From Candidatus Latescibacterota bacterium (GTDB lineage: Bacteria > Latescibacterota > UBA2968 > UBA8231), in the NCBI GenBank assembly GCA_965203355.1, contig OZ241889.1, positions 2,368,001 to 2,432,000 of the forward strand: DNA of 64,000 nt. The letters run 5' to 3'. The notes under the pieces are model-generated. The model was given only the letters and a program-made list of their open reading frames with translations. It had not been told where the DNA came from and did not search any database. Position numbers and translations under genes: made by a program. This document shows positions 49,967-59,426 of this stretch, piece after piece (position 1 is the first letter of the stretch; every line of letters begins with the position of its first letter).

Positions 49967-50974
49967 TCAGACCTGTAGGGTGGTGGAGGGGCAGGGGAAG
50001 AAGCACTCGACGGGAATGTACTGGAGCAATTGATCCGCGCAAAAGTCGTGTAGCCTTTGGGCCAAGGCGGGCCGATAGGAGACCATGCCGTCTTTTTCCG
50101 CCAAACCATAGGCGAGGAGCTTTTCGTCCGGGTAGAGCTTGTGCATGGTTTTGTACATGCCCTGCGGCAGGCGGAACTGGCCCAGGCTGACCGAGTGCAG
50201 GGCATCGCGGCGCACTTTGGAGAACACGAGGGCGAACAGGTCGCTGTAGCGCTCCTCGTAGGCGCGGTCGTAGAGTAACGGATCAAAGCGCAGCCCAATG
50301 GGCCAGCCGCGTTCCTGCAGGGCGGCGATGGCCTCTAAGCGCTGAACAACGGGCGGTGCGCCAACCTCGAATTGGTCGGCAAGGGCCGGCGGGGTCGTGC
50401 TGAAGGCGACGACGCAGTTGGGCAGCGGTTCGGTGGCGAGTAGGGTTTTGATGCGCACGCTCTTGGTGCGCAGTTCAAAGTACGCCTGCGGGTGGTCGGC
50501 AAAGAAGGGGAGAAAATCGGCTGTAAAGTGGGTAATGCCCTCTAGCGCGAGGCTGTCGCAGTCGTAGCCGGAGAAGAAATAGGGCGTGTCGGGTGCGTCC
50601 GCGGCCATGTGTGCGGCGATGTCCTGTTGGAAGTCCTCGTAGTTGACAAAGAGAACCAAATGCGCCGAGCGGTACAGACCTTGGAGGAAGCAGTAGCGGC
50701 AGTCGTAAGGGCAGTTGAGTAGGTGCGAGAAATAGTAATTGCGTGCGCCGCCGATGCCGTAACCATCGGGGGCCGGGAGGACGCGCCGTCCGGTTTTGTG
50801 GGCGAGGATGAGTGCCGGGCGGCTCTTTTGCAGGCGGAAGTTTTGCGCCGTGCGGTTGAAAACCTCGCCGTAGCGGGCGCAGGTGACTAGCTGAGCGCGA
50901 GGGAAGCGGCCCAGCAGGGCGCGGGTGCGCGGGTGGTCGAGGATGGCTTCTTCGGCGTAGATGAAATCGAACAT
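49967..50974 (-). CDS. Spore photoproduct lyase-like radical SAM protein
   Basis: NCPYDCRYCFLQG (CxxxCxxC), FVNYED, DSLALE, ELRTKS, GLRFDP. Confidence 0.85.
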   Translation of the reverse strand: MFDFIYAEEAILDHPRTRALLGRFPRAQLVTCARYGEVFNRTAQNFRLQKSRPALILAHKTGRRVLPAPDGYGIGGARNYYFSHLLNCPYDCRYCFLQGLYRSAHLVLFVNYEDFQQDIAAHMAADAPDTPYFFSGYDCDSLALEGITHFTADFLPFFADHPQAYFELRTKSVRIKTLLATEPLPNCVVAFSTTPPALADQFEVGAPPVVQRLEAIAALQERGWPIGLRFDPLLYDRAYEERYSDLFALVFSKVRRDALHSVSLGQFRLPQGMYKTMHKLYPDEKLLAYGLAEKDGMVSYRPALAQRLHDFCADQLLQYIPVECFFPCPSTTLQV

Positions 50975-51112
50975 GGTCGCGTCAAAAAGCGTCGCAAAGA
51001 CAGGGTGCTAAATTGCAGTGCAGCTCCGAGTTAGGTTTATTGGCCATCGCCCAAATTGCAACTAAAACCTAAATACAAGACCAGCACACTCGCGAAAGCG
51101 AGCACGAGGCGA

Positions 51113-52219
51113 CTACGGCACGTTAAGGCTACCACATGGCGACTTGAGGAAAAGCGATCTCCATAAGTGGTCTTTTGGCGGTGGTACGCCGATAGTGATG
51201 ATGTCCATAAATCCACCACTTTTACCGAATCCTTTGGTCGAAGACACTGGTCCCGCATATAGCTGAGATTCACAAAGAGGGATAATCCCGGAATCCTTTT
51301 CAGGATCAGGATCGCTCCCATATCCAAAGGACAATATGTTCACCTCATCTGGGGTGCTGCTGATAAATCGTTGGATATCCAGTCCAGTCGAGGAAGAAAT
51401 ATAGTCCACTAAAACATCCTGTACAATCCAAATGGTTTTCCCGCCCCAAGCCAAGCTAACCTGTGATTTTACAATAAGCTGACTGACCATTCGTGCCCAT
51501 ACTTGTCTATAGTTGATACCAGGGCCTTCGTGGTTGTCTCCTTTCAGGAGTGCATCTTCAAAAGCCATTCCTATCTGCGTTCTCTTATTTTTGTTTCCCC
51601 CAGAGGTAGACGAGGTCATAACCTCGACTATTACTATTGGATCAGCTGGAAAATCGGCCACCCAGTGTTCGCCAGCATGCCTTTCCAGCGTGAAGTTGTT
51701 TTGGATTGCAATTTTCTTACAGTCATTCTCGCTCTTTTTGGTTAATCTTGATATTTCGCTAAGCGACTTTCTGCACCTTCCTGCCAAAACGTAATCGAAG
51801 GTATAGTTAAATAATTTCTCATGTTCCGTGTTCTGCGTTGAGAATTTTATCTTTACCTCAGACCACGCTCTGTATTCGATTGATCGGTCTAATTCACTGT
51901 ATCGTATCAAGTCTTCTCGAATTCTCGTTTGAAGCGGAGAAAGGTTGGAATCCCGAAGGGAGAATAAGCGCCTAGGGCAAACAATCCAAGGTTTTTCACG
52001 CACCAAGAGTGAGCAGACCCCTACATGAACATTCTTTTTTCTAGGAAGTTGCTTAATTAATTGAGGATGGTCTTGCAACTGCAAAACAGAGAGATGTCTA
52101 TTGCCTCCACCATCACATTCACTCTCCATGAATGGGCACCAAGCCCGTGTGCGACAATCAGTAGCATCAGAATGGCTTGGAGTCAGTGGATAGCCAAATA
52201 TTTCAAAAATTTTACTCAT
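51113..52219 (-). CDS. NotI-family type II restriction endonuclease
   Basis: EIFGY, Cys motifs CPF..C, GVCS and VCP.R; FDYVL, IVEV, GINY..V..R...QL..K; overlaps the MTase gene. Confidence 0.75.
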   Translation of the reverse strand: MSKIFEIFGYPLTPSHSDATDCRTRAWCPFMESECDGGGNRHLSVLQLQDHPQLIKQLPRKKNVHVGVCSLLVREKPWIVCPRRLFSLRDSNLSPLQTRIREDLIRYSELDRSIEYRAWSEVKIKFSTQNTEHEKLFNYTFDYVLAGRCRKSLSEISRLTKKSENDCKKIAIQNNFTLERHAGEHWVADFPADPIVIVEVMTSSTSGGNKNKRTQIGMAFEDALLKGDNHEGPGINYRQVWARMVSQLIVKSQVSLAWGGKTIWIVQDVLVDYISSSTGLDIQRFISSTPDEVNILSFGYGSDPDPEKDSGIIPLCESQLYAGPVSSTKGFGKSGGFMDIITIGVPPPKDHLWRSLFLKSPCGSLNVP

Positions 52220-53327
52220 TTAGGGTTTCAAAAATTCTACTTGCTAGAGCCTCTGCGAGAAGAGGTGGAACCGAATTTGCAACTTGCCGATGCTGGTCTA
52301 AGTTTTTCACGGTGCCTGTTCTACTGCGTATAGGTCCTTTTAGGATATACGAATCGGGGTATCCGTGAATTCTCATGTACTCTCGTGGAGTGAGATACCT
52401 ATCTTCGGTAGGATGATAGAAAATCTCTCCGCACCTCAATGTATTCGCGGGCCTATCTCTATGCAGCCTTAAATACTTTGTGGTGTCTTTTGATTTAAGA
52501 CCTCTAAGTAAGTCTTTATCTAAATGAGTCTGAGCGGCCAGATATGATCCCTCGGGAACCTGTGCTATGCGTTCCCTATCTCTATCTGGTGTTACATCGA
52601 CGTGGCTGTCCTCGCGGTCATAAAAAGTAGTTCCTTTGATTTTCGGTGAGGGTGTTCCTAGATTTTCAATTGCGGAACCGATGCCAAGATGAGGTTTATA
52701 CGAAAATAGTCCATTACACTCTTCTCTCGGGGCATAGGTTCGTTCTGGAAAAGAAAAGCCGTTTTTCCCTAGTGTAGCTATCACAAATAATCGTTCTCGT
52801 AGTTGAGGTACGCCATAATCTGCGGCTGAAATAACGCTCCATTTAGAAGAATAACCGACATTTTCTAAGGCTATTAAGAATTTTTCAAAAACTTCGCCTT
52901 TTCGCCGCTCTGCCCCTTTTGATGAAAGAAGTCCTTTTACTTGTTCAACTAAGATTACATTTGGCTTCAATTTTTCGGAAAATCGAACGATCTCGAATAG
53001 TAGCATACCTCTTTCATCCTTCAAGCCAAGCTGCTTTCCTGCTAAGGAGAAAGATTGACACGGAGGGCCGCCAAAAAGAAGATCGAGTTCGCCTTTCTCT
53101 AGATGTAAATCTTTGCAAAGTTCGGCTGGATCAACCTCTCTAATATCTGCTTCAACAACCTTGGTATTTCTTTCTTCGCTTTCTCTTGCCGTACGTAGTG
53201 TATTGCAGCAATGCTTATCTATTTCTATCTGCGCCAGAATATTGAATCCCGCATTCTGCACGCCTATATCCATTCCTCCGGCTCCTGAAAAAAGACTTAA
53301 TGCACTATATCTTTTGGGACTGTTCAT
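52212..53327 (-). CDS. DNA (cytosine-5)-methyltransferase
   Basis: SLFSGAGG (I), GGPPCQSFS (IV), EQV (VI), YGVPQ.RER (VIII), RYLTPRE..RIHGYP (IX), QVANSV (X); GGAGGAG RBS; start may be 53330 or 53339. Confidence 0.95.
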   Translation of the reverse strand: MNSPKRYSALSLFSGAGGMDIGVQNAGFNILAQIEIDKHCCNTLRTARESEERNTKVVEADIREVDPAELCKDLHLEKGELDLLFGGPPCQSFSLAGKQLGLKDERGMLLFEIVRFSEKLKPNVILVEQVKGLLSSKGAERRKGEVFEKFLIALENVGYSSKWSVISAADYGVPQLRERLFVIATLGKNGFSFPERTYAPREECNGLFSYKPHLGIGSAIENLGTPSPKIKGTTFYDREDSHVDVTPDRDRERIAQVPEGSYLAAQTHLDKDLLRGLKSKDTTKYLRLHRDRPANTLRCGEIFYHPTEDRYLTPREYMRIHGYPDSYILKGPIRSRTGTVKNLDQHRQVANSVPPLLAEALASRIFETLNE

Positions 53328-53349
53328 CACTAATTCCACTCCTCCGTTC

Positions 53350-54156
53350 TCAACCGGTCAAGGTGAGCTCCATGTTGGCCAACCGCCGCTGAAGGTAATG
53401 TAGCACCGCGTCTCGGCTTTGCAAGGAAAGGACGTCGGCGGTATTGAGCGGTTTCTCGGTAAGCGTCTGCCAGCGCACGAGCAAGCCGCGCAACTGGTGT
53501 TGTTGCGTAGCGGTGAACTGCCAGCGGGCGGTCAGCTCGGCGAGGCCGGGTGGGTCGGCGCGTAGCGCGTGGAGTTGCTGGCTGAGTGCCCGCAAGTGTT
53601 CGCCAACTTGGGCGACCGTATCGAGTTGGGATTCTATCAACGCCGCTACTTTCTCCGCATTAAGCGTCTGATAGGAGGATTGCGGGTTGTCCGAGACGAT
53701 CTTGAGGGAGTGAATCCGCTCGCTGGTGGCAAAGCGCTGTGCCGCCTCGCAAAAGCCGCTGGCTTCCATGTCGTACGCGGCGTCGCCCATGGGCGACTGG
53801 GCGCGATCAACGGTGTGTAGCAAGGTGGTGCGACAAGGTGGGGTCGCGGTGAAGGTCGGGTAAAAGGGCTTGCCGCTGGATGTATCCACGATCTTGTGCG
53901 CTAGTAGAGCCGTGCCCACGGCTTGGCTACCGTGGCCAGCGATGCCGATGTTGAGCCAAGCCGCCGGCGCGTCTCCGATCAAGGCACGCAAATACGCCGT
54001 GGCGGTCGCCGCGGCCACTTTGCCTACACCGGAGACAATCAGGTGCGTCTGCCCGCCCGCGCAGATGCGATAGGGATGGCCGCTCACGCCTTGGAGGCGA
54101 TGGAAAGCCAACAGCGGTCGCGCCTCAGCCGCGAGGGCTACTACTAAGCACAACAT
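53350..54156 (-). CDS. Nucleoside phosphorylase / MTA-SAH nucleosidase-like protein
   Basis: VAL..EA, SGVGK..AA, NIGIAG, DMEASG, KIVSD motifs of the PNP_UDP fold. Confidence 0.75.
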   Translation of the reverse strand: MLCLVVALAAEARPLLAFHRLQGVSGHPYRICAGGQTHLIVSGVGKVAAATATAYLRALIGDAPAAWLNIGIAGHGSQAVGTALLAHKIVDTSSGKPFYPTFTATPPCRTTLLHTVDRAQSPMGDAAYDMEASGFCEAAQRFATSERIHSLKIVSDNPQSSYQTLNAEKVAALIESQLDTVAQVGEHLRALSQQLHALRADPPGLAELTARWQFTATQQHQLRGLLVRWQTLTEKPLNTADVLSLQSRDAVLHYLQRRLANMELTLTG

Positions 54157-54254
54157 GAGGGCTAATATACCGGCTGGTTTCCCCTCGGCAACGCTGTTTG
54201 ACCCTGCTTGAGCCGGGGTCTAAGTTCTACAAGACAAACGAGAAAGGACGCGGT

Positions 54255-55124
54255 ATGGAGAACGAATTTTTCAAGGGCCATGGCCTGGGCAACGACTACA
54301 TTGCCGTTGATCCGACAGCCCTCAGCTTCGAGCTGACGCCAGACAATATCCGCGCGATTTGCGACCGCCATTGGGGCGTGGGCAGCGACGGCATGCTCGT
54401 GCGGGCCCCGTCGCCAAAGGCCGACTTTGGCCTGCGGATCTACAACCCCGACGGCAGCGAGGCGGAAAAGTCGGGCAATGGCCTGCGGATATTCGCCCGC
54501 TACCTACACGCCACCGGCCAGGTGCAAAAGCAGCCGTTCACCGTCGAGACGGCGGGCGGACTAGTAAGCGTCGAATTGCACCTTGATCAGCATGGCGACG
54601 CCAGCGCGGCTACGGTGCAGATGGGGCGCGCGACGTTTGCGCCGCAAGCCTTGCCCTGTACGCTGGAAGCCGAAGAACTGGTCGAGCAGCCGATTGATGT
54701 CGCCGGGCAGACCTTGACCTTTACCGGCGTCAGCGTCGGCAATCCGCACTGCATCGTCTTTCGTCAGCAGGGCGAGCAATGGACTAAAGACGAGCTGTGC
54801 TCCTTGGGACCGGCGTTGGAAAATCACCCGCTCTTCCCTCGGCGCACCAACGTGCAACTCGCCGTGCCCGTGGGGCCGCACGCGATTTACATCTTGATCT
54901 GGGAACGCGGAGCCGGTGAAACGCAGGCGTCGGGATCGTCGGCGTGTGCGGCCGCGAGTGCGGCCGTGCGGCTGGGCTTGGTCAAAAGTCCGGTTGCGGT
55001 TAAGGCCCCGGGCGGAACGCTGCACATCAACGTGAGTGCGCGCTACGACCTGACGATGAAGGGGCCGGTCTCGGAAGTGGCCCGGGGCGTGTTCAGCCCG
55101 TCGTTTGTGCGCGAATTGCGCTGA
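54255..55124 (+). CDS. dapF: Diaminopimelate epimerase-like protein (Ser/Ser active site)
   Basis: FFKGHGLGNDY, GVGSDG, YNPDGSEAEKSGNG, VGNPH, NVQ, WERGAGETQASGS. Confidence 0.85.
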   Translation: MENEFFKGHGLGNDYIAVDPTALSFELTPDNIRAICDRHWGVGSDGMLVRAPSPKADFGLRIYNPDGSEAEKSGNGLRIFARYLHATGQVQKQPFTVETAGGLVSVELHLDQHGDASAATVQMGRATFAPQALPCTLEAEELVEQPIDVAGQTLTFTGVSVGNPHCIVFRQQGEQWTKDELCSLGPALENHPLFPRRTNVQLAVPVGPHAIYILIWERGAGETQASGSSACAAASAAVRLGLVKSPVAVKAPGGTLHINVSARYDLTMKGPVSEVARGVFSPSFVRELR

Positions 55125-55149
55125 ACAGCGTGCGGTGGCAGGGGCTGTA

Positions 55150-57924
55150 ATGCGCTGTTTAGCTTGGGTCGCGCTCGGTTGGCTGCTGATGGCCTCGGCC
55201 GCTAGCGGTCAGAGCTTTGGCCGAAACAAAGTGCAGTACGCGGAATTCGCGTGGCGGAAAATGGAGACCGAGCACTTTGACGTGTACTTCTTCGCCGCCG
55301 AGGAGGAGTTGGCCGCGTATGCCGCGCAAATGGCCGAGCACCAGTTCGCCGACTTGGAAAAGAAGTTCGCCCACACCGTACAGCGGCGCGTGCCGCTCGT
55401 GATCTATTCTTCGCACATCTACTTTGAACAGACGAATATCATCCCCAATCTCCTGCCTGAGGGGGTAGCGGGTTTCACCGAATACCTCAAGGGGCGGGTC
55501 GCGCTGCCGCTGAGCGGCTCCCTGCCCGAGTTCGAGCGGGTCTTGCACCACGAGTTAGTCCACGTCTTCGCGTTTGACCGCATCGCGCGGGTGTTGGCGC
55601 AGCACGGGGTGTTGGACTTCCGCCCGGCGCCGCTGTGGTTTTCCGAAGGGCTGGCCGAGTACTGGTCGAGCGAGCCTAACAGCTTTGGCGAAATGGTGGT
55701 GCGCGATGCGCTCTTTGCGCGTCGGCTGGTTTCCATCGCCGAGATGTATCGCATCTACGGCACCTTTCAGCTATACAAGCAGGGCGAGTCGATCTGCCAC
55801 TTTATGGCGGCGCGGCACGGAGCCGACGTGTTTGAACAGCTCTTTGCCAACTGGTGGCGCGGCGAAACCTTTGCCGAGATTTTTGCGATCACGACCGGCG
55901 AAAGCTTGGACAAGTTCGACCAAGCTTGGCAATACCACTTGCACAAGCGCCACCTGCCGGCGATTGCCGACAGCGATCCCCCTTCAGAACTGGCCACGGC
56001 CCGCACACAACGCGGCTTTAACATCAAACCCGAAATCGTTCCTAGCGATAGCAGTGCCTTCTACCACTTCCGCAACGATCAAGGCTATACGCAGATCGTC
56101 CGCACGCGCCGCGACGGCCGCGGGTCCGAAGTCGTGGTCGAAGGCGAGCGTCTGCCGGTCTTTGAGTCGCTGCATCCACTCTCGACGCGGCTAGCCGCTT
56201 CTCCAGACGGCAAGTGGCTGGCGTTTGCCGCCAAAAGCCGCGGCCGCGATCACCTGTACATTTGGGACGTGGCGCACCAGCGCGTGGTCGAGGATTTGTC
56301 GTTTGCCGGCATCGTCGCGATCGCGTCGCCGTCGTTTGCGCCCGACGGGCAGCGGTTGGCCTTTGCTGGCAGCGACGAAGGGGGCTGGACCGACATTTAT
56401 CTGGTCGATGTAACGGGCGATAACCTCCGCGCCTTGCGCCGCGACCTCTATCACGACCGCGAGCCCGACTGGTCGCCCGATGGTCGGCGCATCGTCTTTA
56501 GTTCCGACCGCTGGTCCGGGGGGCGCCGCGGCCACTACAATTTGTTTCTATGCGATTTGGCAACCGAGCAGATCTTGGCCCTCAGCCACGGTGAGCACAA
56601 CGACAGCCAGCCGCGCTGGTCGCCGGACGGCCAGCGCATCGTCTTTAGCTCCGACCGGGCGGGCGCGTACAACATCTATGCTTTGCAGCTCATGGGCGAG
56701 CGCGCCGCGACCCGTCGCTTGACCCACGTGTTGACGGGTGCGTTTGATCCAGTGCTATTGGCCGACGACCAGCACTTGCTTTTTGCTGGATATGAGAGCG
56801 GTGGCTTCCAGATCTACGAGCTGGCCGTGGATTGGGCCGACAGCGCCGAGGTTAGCTATCAGCGCGTGGCCGAGGCACCGACCGAGCCGTGGTCGCTGGC
56901 GAGCCTGCACGGCCAGAGCGAGGTCGCCAGCCGGCCCTATGAGCGCAAGATGAGCCTCGACATAGCCCAGGGGCAGGTCTCGCAAGACCCGGAATTTGGC
57001 ACCTCGGGCGGCATCCAAGTGGCCCTAAGCGATGTGCTGGGCAACGATCAGTACCACTTTGTGCTCTCGCACATTGCCGCTAGTCAATCTGGCTTCTTCG
57101 ATGGCCTGAACGTGGCGTTGACGCGCCTCCACCTCGGGCAGCGGCTCAACGCGTATTGGGGCGTGTTTCGGCTCAACGACCGCTTTTCGAGCCGCTTTGG
57201 CCGATTTGTGCGAGAAGAGCGCCTAGGGGGCCACGTTGGGTTGAGCTATCCCTTTTCCCAGCACGACCGCATCGACACCCGGCTCTCGCTGCGCCACGCT
57301 GAGATCGACCGGCAATTTGAGGGGCGGAAGCTGTCGGGTTGGCTGGCCAACAACTACGTCAGCTATACCCACGATACTAGCTTGTGGATTCCGACCGGGC
57401 CGCTGGAGGGTCGGCGCTACAGCCTTGGGTTGGCGCAGACGATCGATTTTAAGACCTCGCGGCGGTTCAATCTCACGCTCTTTGGCGACTACCGGCACTA
57501 CTTCCGCCTCTCGCCGCGCAGCGCGTTGGCCGTGCGCCTGATGGGGCGGCGCTCCACGGGTGTAGTGCCCGAGTTTTTTTCCTTGGGGGGCAGTTGGACG
57601 TTGCGGGGCTATCGCTGGCGGTCGCTGTGGGGCAGTAAGATGGTGCTGTACAACCAAGAATTGCGCTTCCCTTTAGTCGATCGGTTCTTGCTCCGCTTTC
57701 CGTTTGGGGCTATGGAGTTTAGTGCCTTCCGGGGCGCGCTCTTTTTCGACGTGGGCAATGCGTGGAACGACGACTTTGAGCAATGGCGTGCGGCGTTTGG
57801 CGCCGGGGTGCGCTTGGCCTTGGGCGGGGTTTTCGTCTTTCGCGTGGATGCGGCGCGGCGCACGGACTTCAAGTCGATAGACAGCGACACGCGCTGGGAT
57901 TTCTTCTTTGGCTGGGATTATTAA
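55150..57924 (+). CDS. Omp85/BamA-superfamily barrel with N-terminal MA-type peptidase domain and PD40 propeller
   Basis: Signal peptide, FGRNKVQY, HELVH + WFSEGLAEY, repeated SPDG, LGG..TLRGY, terminal FFFGWDY. Confidence 0.85.
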   Translation: MRCLAWVALGWLLMASAASGQSFGRNKVQYAEFAWRKMETEHFDVYFFAAEEELAAYAAQMAEHQFADLEKKFAHTVQRRVPLVIYSSHIYFEQTNIIPNLLPEGVAGFTEYLKGRVALPLSGSLPEFERVLHHELVHVFAFDRIARVLAQHGVLDFRPAPLWFSEGLAEYWSSEPNSFGEMVVRDALFARRLVSIAEMYRIYGTFQLYKQGESICHFMAARHGADVFEQLFANWWRGETFAEIFAITTGESLDKFDQAWQYHLHKRHLPAIADSDPPSELATARTQRGFNIKPEIVPSDSSAFYHFRNDQGYTQIVRTRRDGRGSEVVVEGERLPVFESLHPLSTRLAASPDGKWLAFAAKSRGRDHLYIWDVAHQRVVEDLSFAGIVAIASPSFAPDGQRLAFAGSDEGGWTDIYLVDVTGDNLRALRRDLYHDREPDWSPDGRRIVFSSDRWSGGRRGHYNLFLCDLATEQILALSHGEHNDSQPRWSPDGQRIVFSSDRAGAYNIYALQLMGERAATRRLTHVLTGAFDPVLLADDQHLLFAGYESGGFQIYELAVDWADSAEVSYQRVAEAPTEPWSLASLHGQSEVASRPYERKMSLDIAQGQVSQDPEFGTSGGIQVALSDVLGNDQYHFVLSHIAASQSGFFDGLNVALTRLHLGQRLNAYWGVFRLNDRFSSRFGRFVREERLGGHVGLSYPFSQHDRIDTRLSLRHAEIDRQFEGRKLSGWLANNYVSYTHDTSLWIPTGPLEGRRYSLGLAQTIDFKTSRRFNLTLFGDYRHYFRLSPRSALAVRLMGRRSTGVVPEFFSLGGSWTLRGYRWRSLWGSKMVLYNQELRFPLVDRFLLRFPFGAMEFSAFRGALFFDVGNAWNDDFEQWRAAFGAGVRLALGGVFVFRVDAARRTDFKSIDSDTRWDFFFGWDY

Positions 57925-58986
57925 ATGCGCTACGCCTTGCTCGGCTTTTGCCTGTTGATGGCCTGTGGCGAAAAGGTGCTCTACCGCGGCGAATCCGGGC
58001 GCGGTGCCGCCGGGGTTGAGCCGCCACTGCAACTTTTGTGGACCCACAAAATGGATGGATCGCCGCTGGGCGGTGCGCTCTTTGCCGGTGATTTGATTCT
58101 CCAACTGACCACTGAGCCGACCCTCTATGCGCTGCATCAGCGCAATGGCACTCCGTTGGGCAAACATGGATACGACAAGATGGCGTGTGCCCCTGGGCAG
58201 TTGGCCGGAGCGCAGTACGCGCTGGGGATACTGGGCCGCAAGCCTAGCCTGCGGGTTTTGGATCGGCGAACCGCCGCGGAGCGTTGGCGGCACGAGGGGG
58301 CGTTTTGTCAGGTGCCGGTCGTGCGCGGCGATACCCTGATCGCAGTGGATGAGGGGGGCGCAGTGCAGGCGCTGCACCTCGCCGACGGACAGGTGCTATG
58401 GCGTGCTGAATTGGGTGGGCTGGCGCGGACCGGGTTGGTGCTGAGCGGCGATCGCGCGTTTGCTGGCACGGCGTCCGGGGCCTTGGTGGCTTTGAGCGCG
58501 GAAAGCGGCGTGGAGCGCTGGCGTACGGACTTGGGGGAAGCGGTACGCGCCCGGCCCGTACCGAATGGTGTACACCTAATTACGGCGACTGCTTCTGGCC
58601 GAGTGCTAGCGGTTCGCCGCGATTCGGGTCAGGTGGTGTGGGAGCGAGCCTTGGGCGCACTGCCGACCGCGGAGTTGGCGCTAGCGGCCGGCGTGTTGGT
58701 GGTAGGCTGTGCTGACCGCTCTTTCTATGGATTAGACGCGGCCACGGGCGTCGTGCGGTGGGCGTTTGCCACCGGGGGCGTGGTGCGAAGCAGCCCCGCC
58801 GCCACAGCGCACACCGCGTATGGTGCTTCCAGCGACGGCCATCTCTACGCCTTGGATCTGCACGCTGGGCATCTGGTGTGGAAATACCGATTGGACGGCC
58901 CGGTTTTGGCTCCGGTGTCCTTGGGCGCGCAGGTCGTCGCCGTCGCCACTGAGAAGCGGCTTCTCTACGTGTTTGGCCGCCGCTGA
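57925..58986 (+). CDS. PQQ-like beta-propeller lipoprotein (BamB-like)
   Basis: LMAC lipobox; repeated (A/G)LD..TG...W motifs. Confidence 0.85.
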   Translation: MRYALLGFCLLMACGEKVLYRGESGRGAAGVEPPLQLLWTHKMDGSPLGGALFAGDLILQLTTEPTLYALHQRNGTPLGKHGYDKMACAPGQLAGAQYALGILGRKPSLRVLDRRTAAERWRHEGAFCQVPVVRGDTLIAVDEGGAVQALHLADGQVLWRAELGGLARTGLVLSGDRAFAGTASGALVALSAESGVERWRTDLGEAVRARPVPNGVHLITATASGRVLAVRRDSGQVVWERALGALPTAELALAAGVLVVGCADRSFYGLDAATGVVRWAFATGGVVRSSPAATAHTAYGASSDGHLYALDLHAGHLVWKYRLDGPVLAPVSLGAQVVAVATEKRLLYVFGRR

Positions 58987-59000
58987 GCGAGGGAAACGGC

Positions 59001-59426
59001 ATGAAAAAGACGATTGCTTGCTGCTTGCTGCTTTCGAGTGTACCGACATGGGCCGATCCGTTGGAGCTACCTCGGCGGCTGGCTTCGTTGGAAACAGCTT
59101 TAGCCGAGCAATGGGCCGAGCAGCCGCGGCGCCGGTCGCCGTCCACGCCGACCCCGGCTGCGGGTGCGGGCAAAGAGAAACGCACGCGCAAGAAGCTCTA
59201 CTTGAGCGCGGCGTTGGTCGTGGGTGCTGGTGCGGTGGCCTACTGGAGCAAGGCGCGGGCTGACGCCGCGTACGAACGCTATTTGAGCTCGGCCAGCGTG
59301 GTGCGTCAGCAGCGAGCCTTGGACCAAGCCAAGCGCTTTGACCGCGTGACGGGCGCGGCGTTGGTCGGCATGGAAGTAGGCTTGGTGCTCACCTCGTACC
59401 TGCTCTTTTTTAGGTCTAGATCGTGA
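59001..59426 (+). CDS. Hypothetical exported/membrane protein
   Basis: Signal peptide, two hydrophobic helices, AD.AYERY motif; operon spacing. Confidence 0.7.
   Translation: MKKTIACCLLLSSVPTWADPLELPRRLASLETALAEQWAEQPRRRSPSTPTPAAGAGKEKRTRKKLYLSAALVVGAGAVAYWSKARADAAYERYLSSASVVRQQRALDQAKRFDRVTGAALVGMEVGLVLTSYLLFFRSRS

Larger units (their letters stand above)
50975..53349 (-). mobile_element. AT-rich horizontally acquired R-M cassette (no transposase or integrase)
   Basis: Abrupt drop in GC and change in codon usage relative to both flanks. Confidence 0.6.

Noticed and set aside
49966-50298. N-terminal extension of the SDR ORF, suggesting a frameshift fusion with the radical SAM gene
   Set aside because: The extension is an alternate frame of the upstream gene, and the SDR has its own ATG at 49965 immediately before the Rossmann motif.
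51030-51073. Integron attC-like site (GTTAGGT ... ACCTAAA)
   Set aside because: The core and inverse-core order is reversed relative to attC on both strands, and there is no integrase or cassette array.
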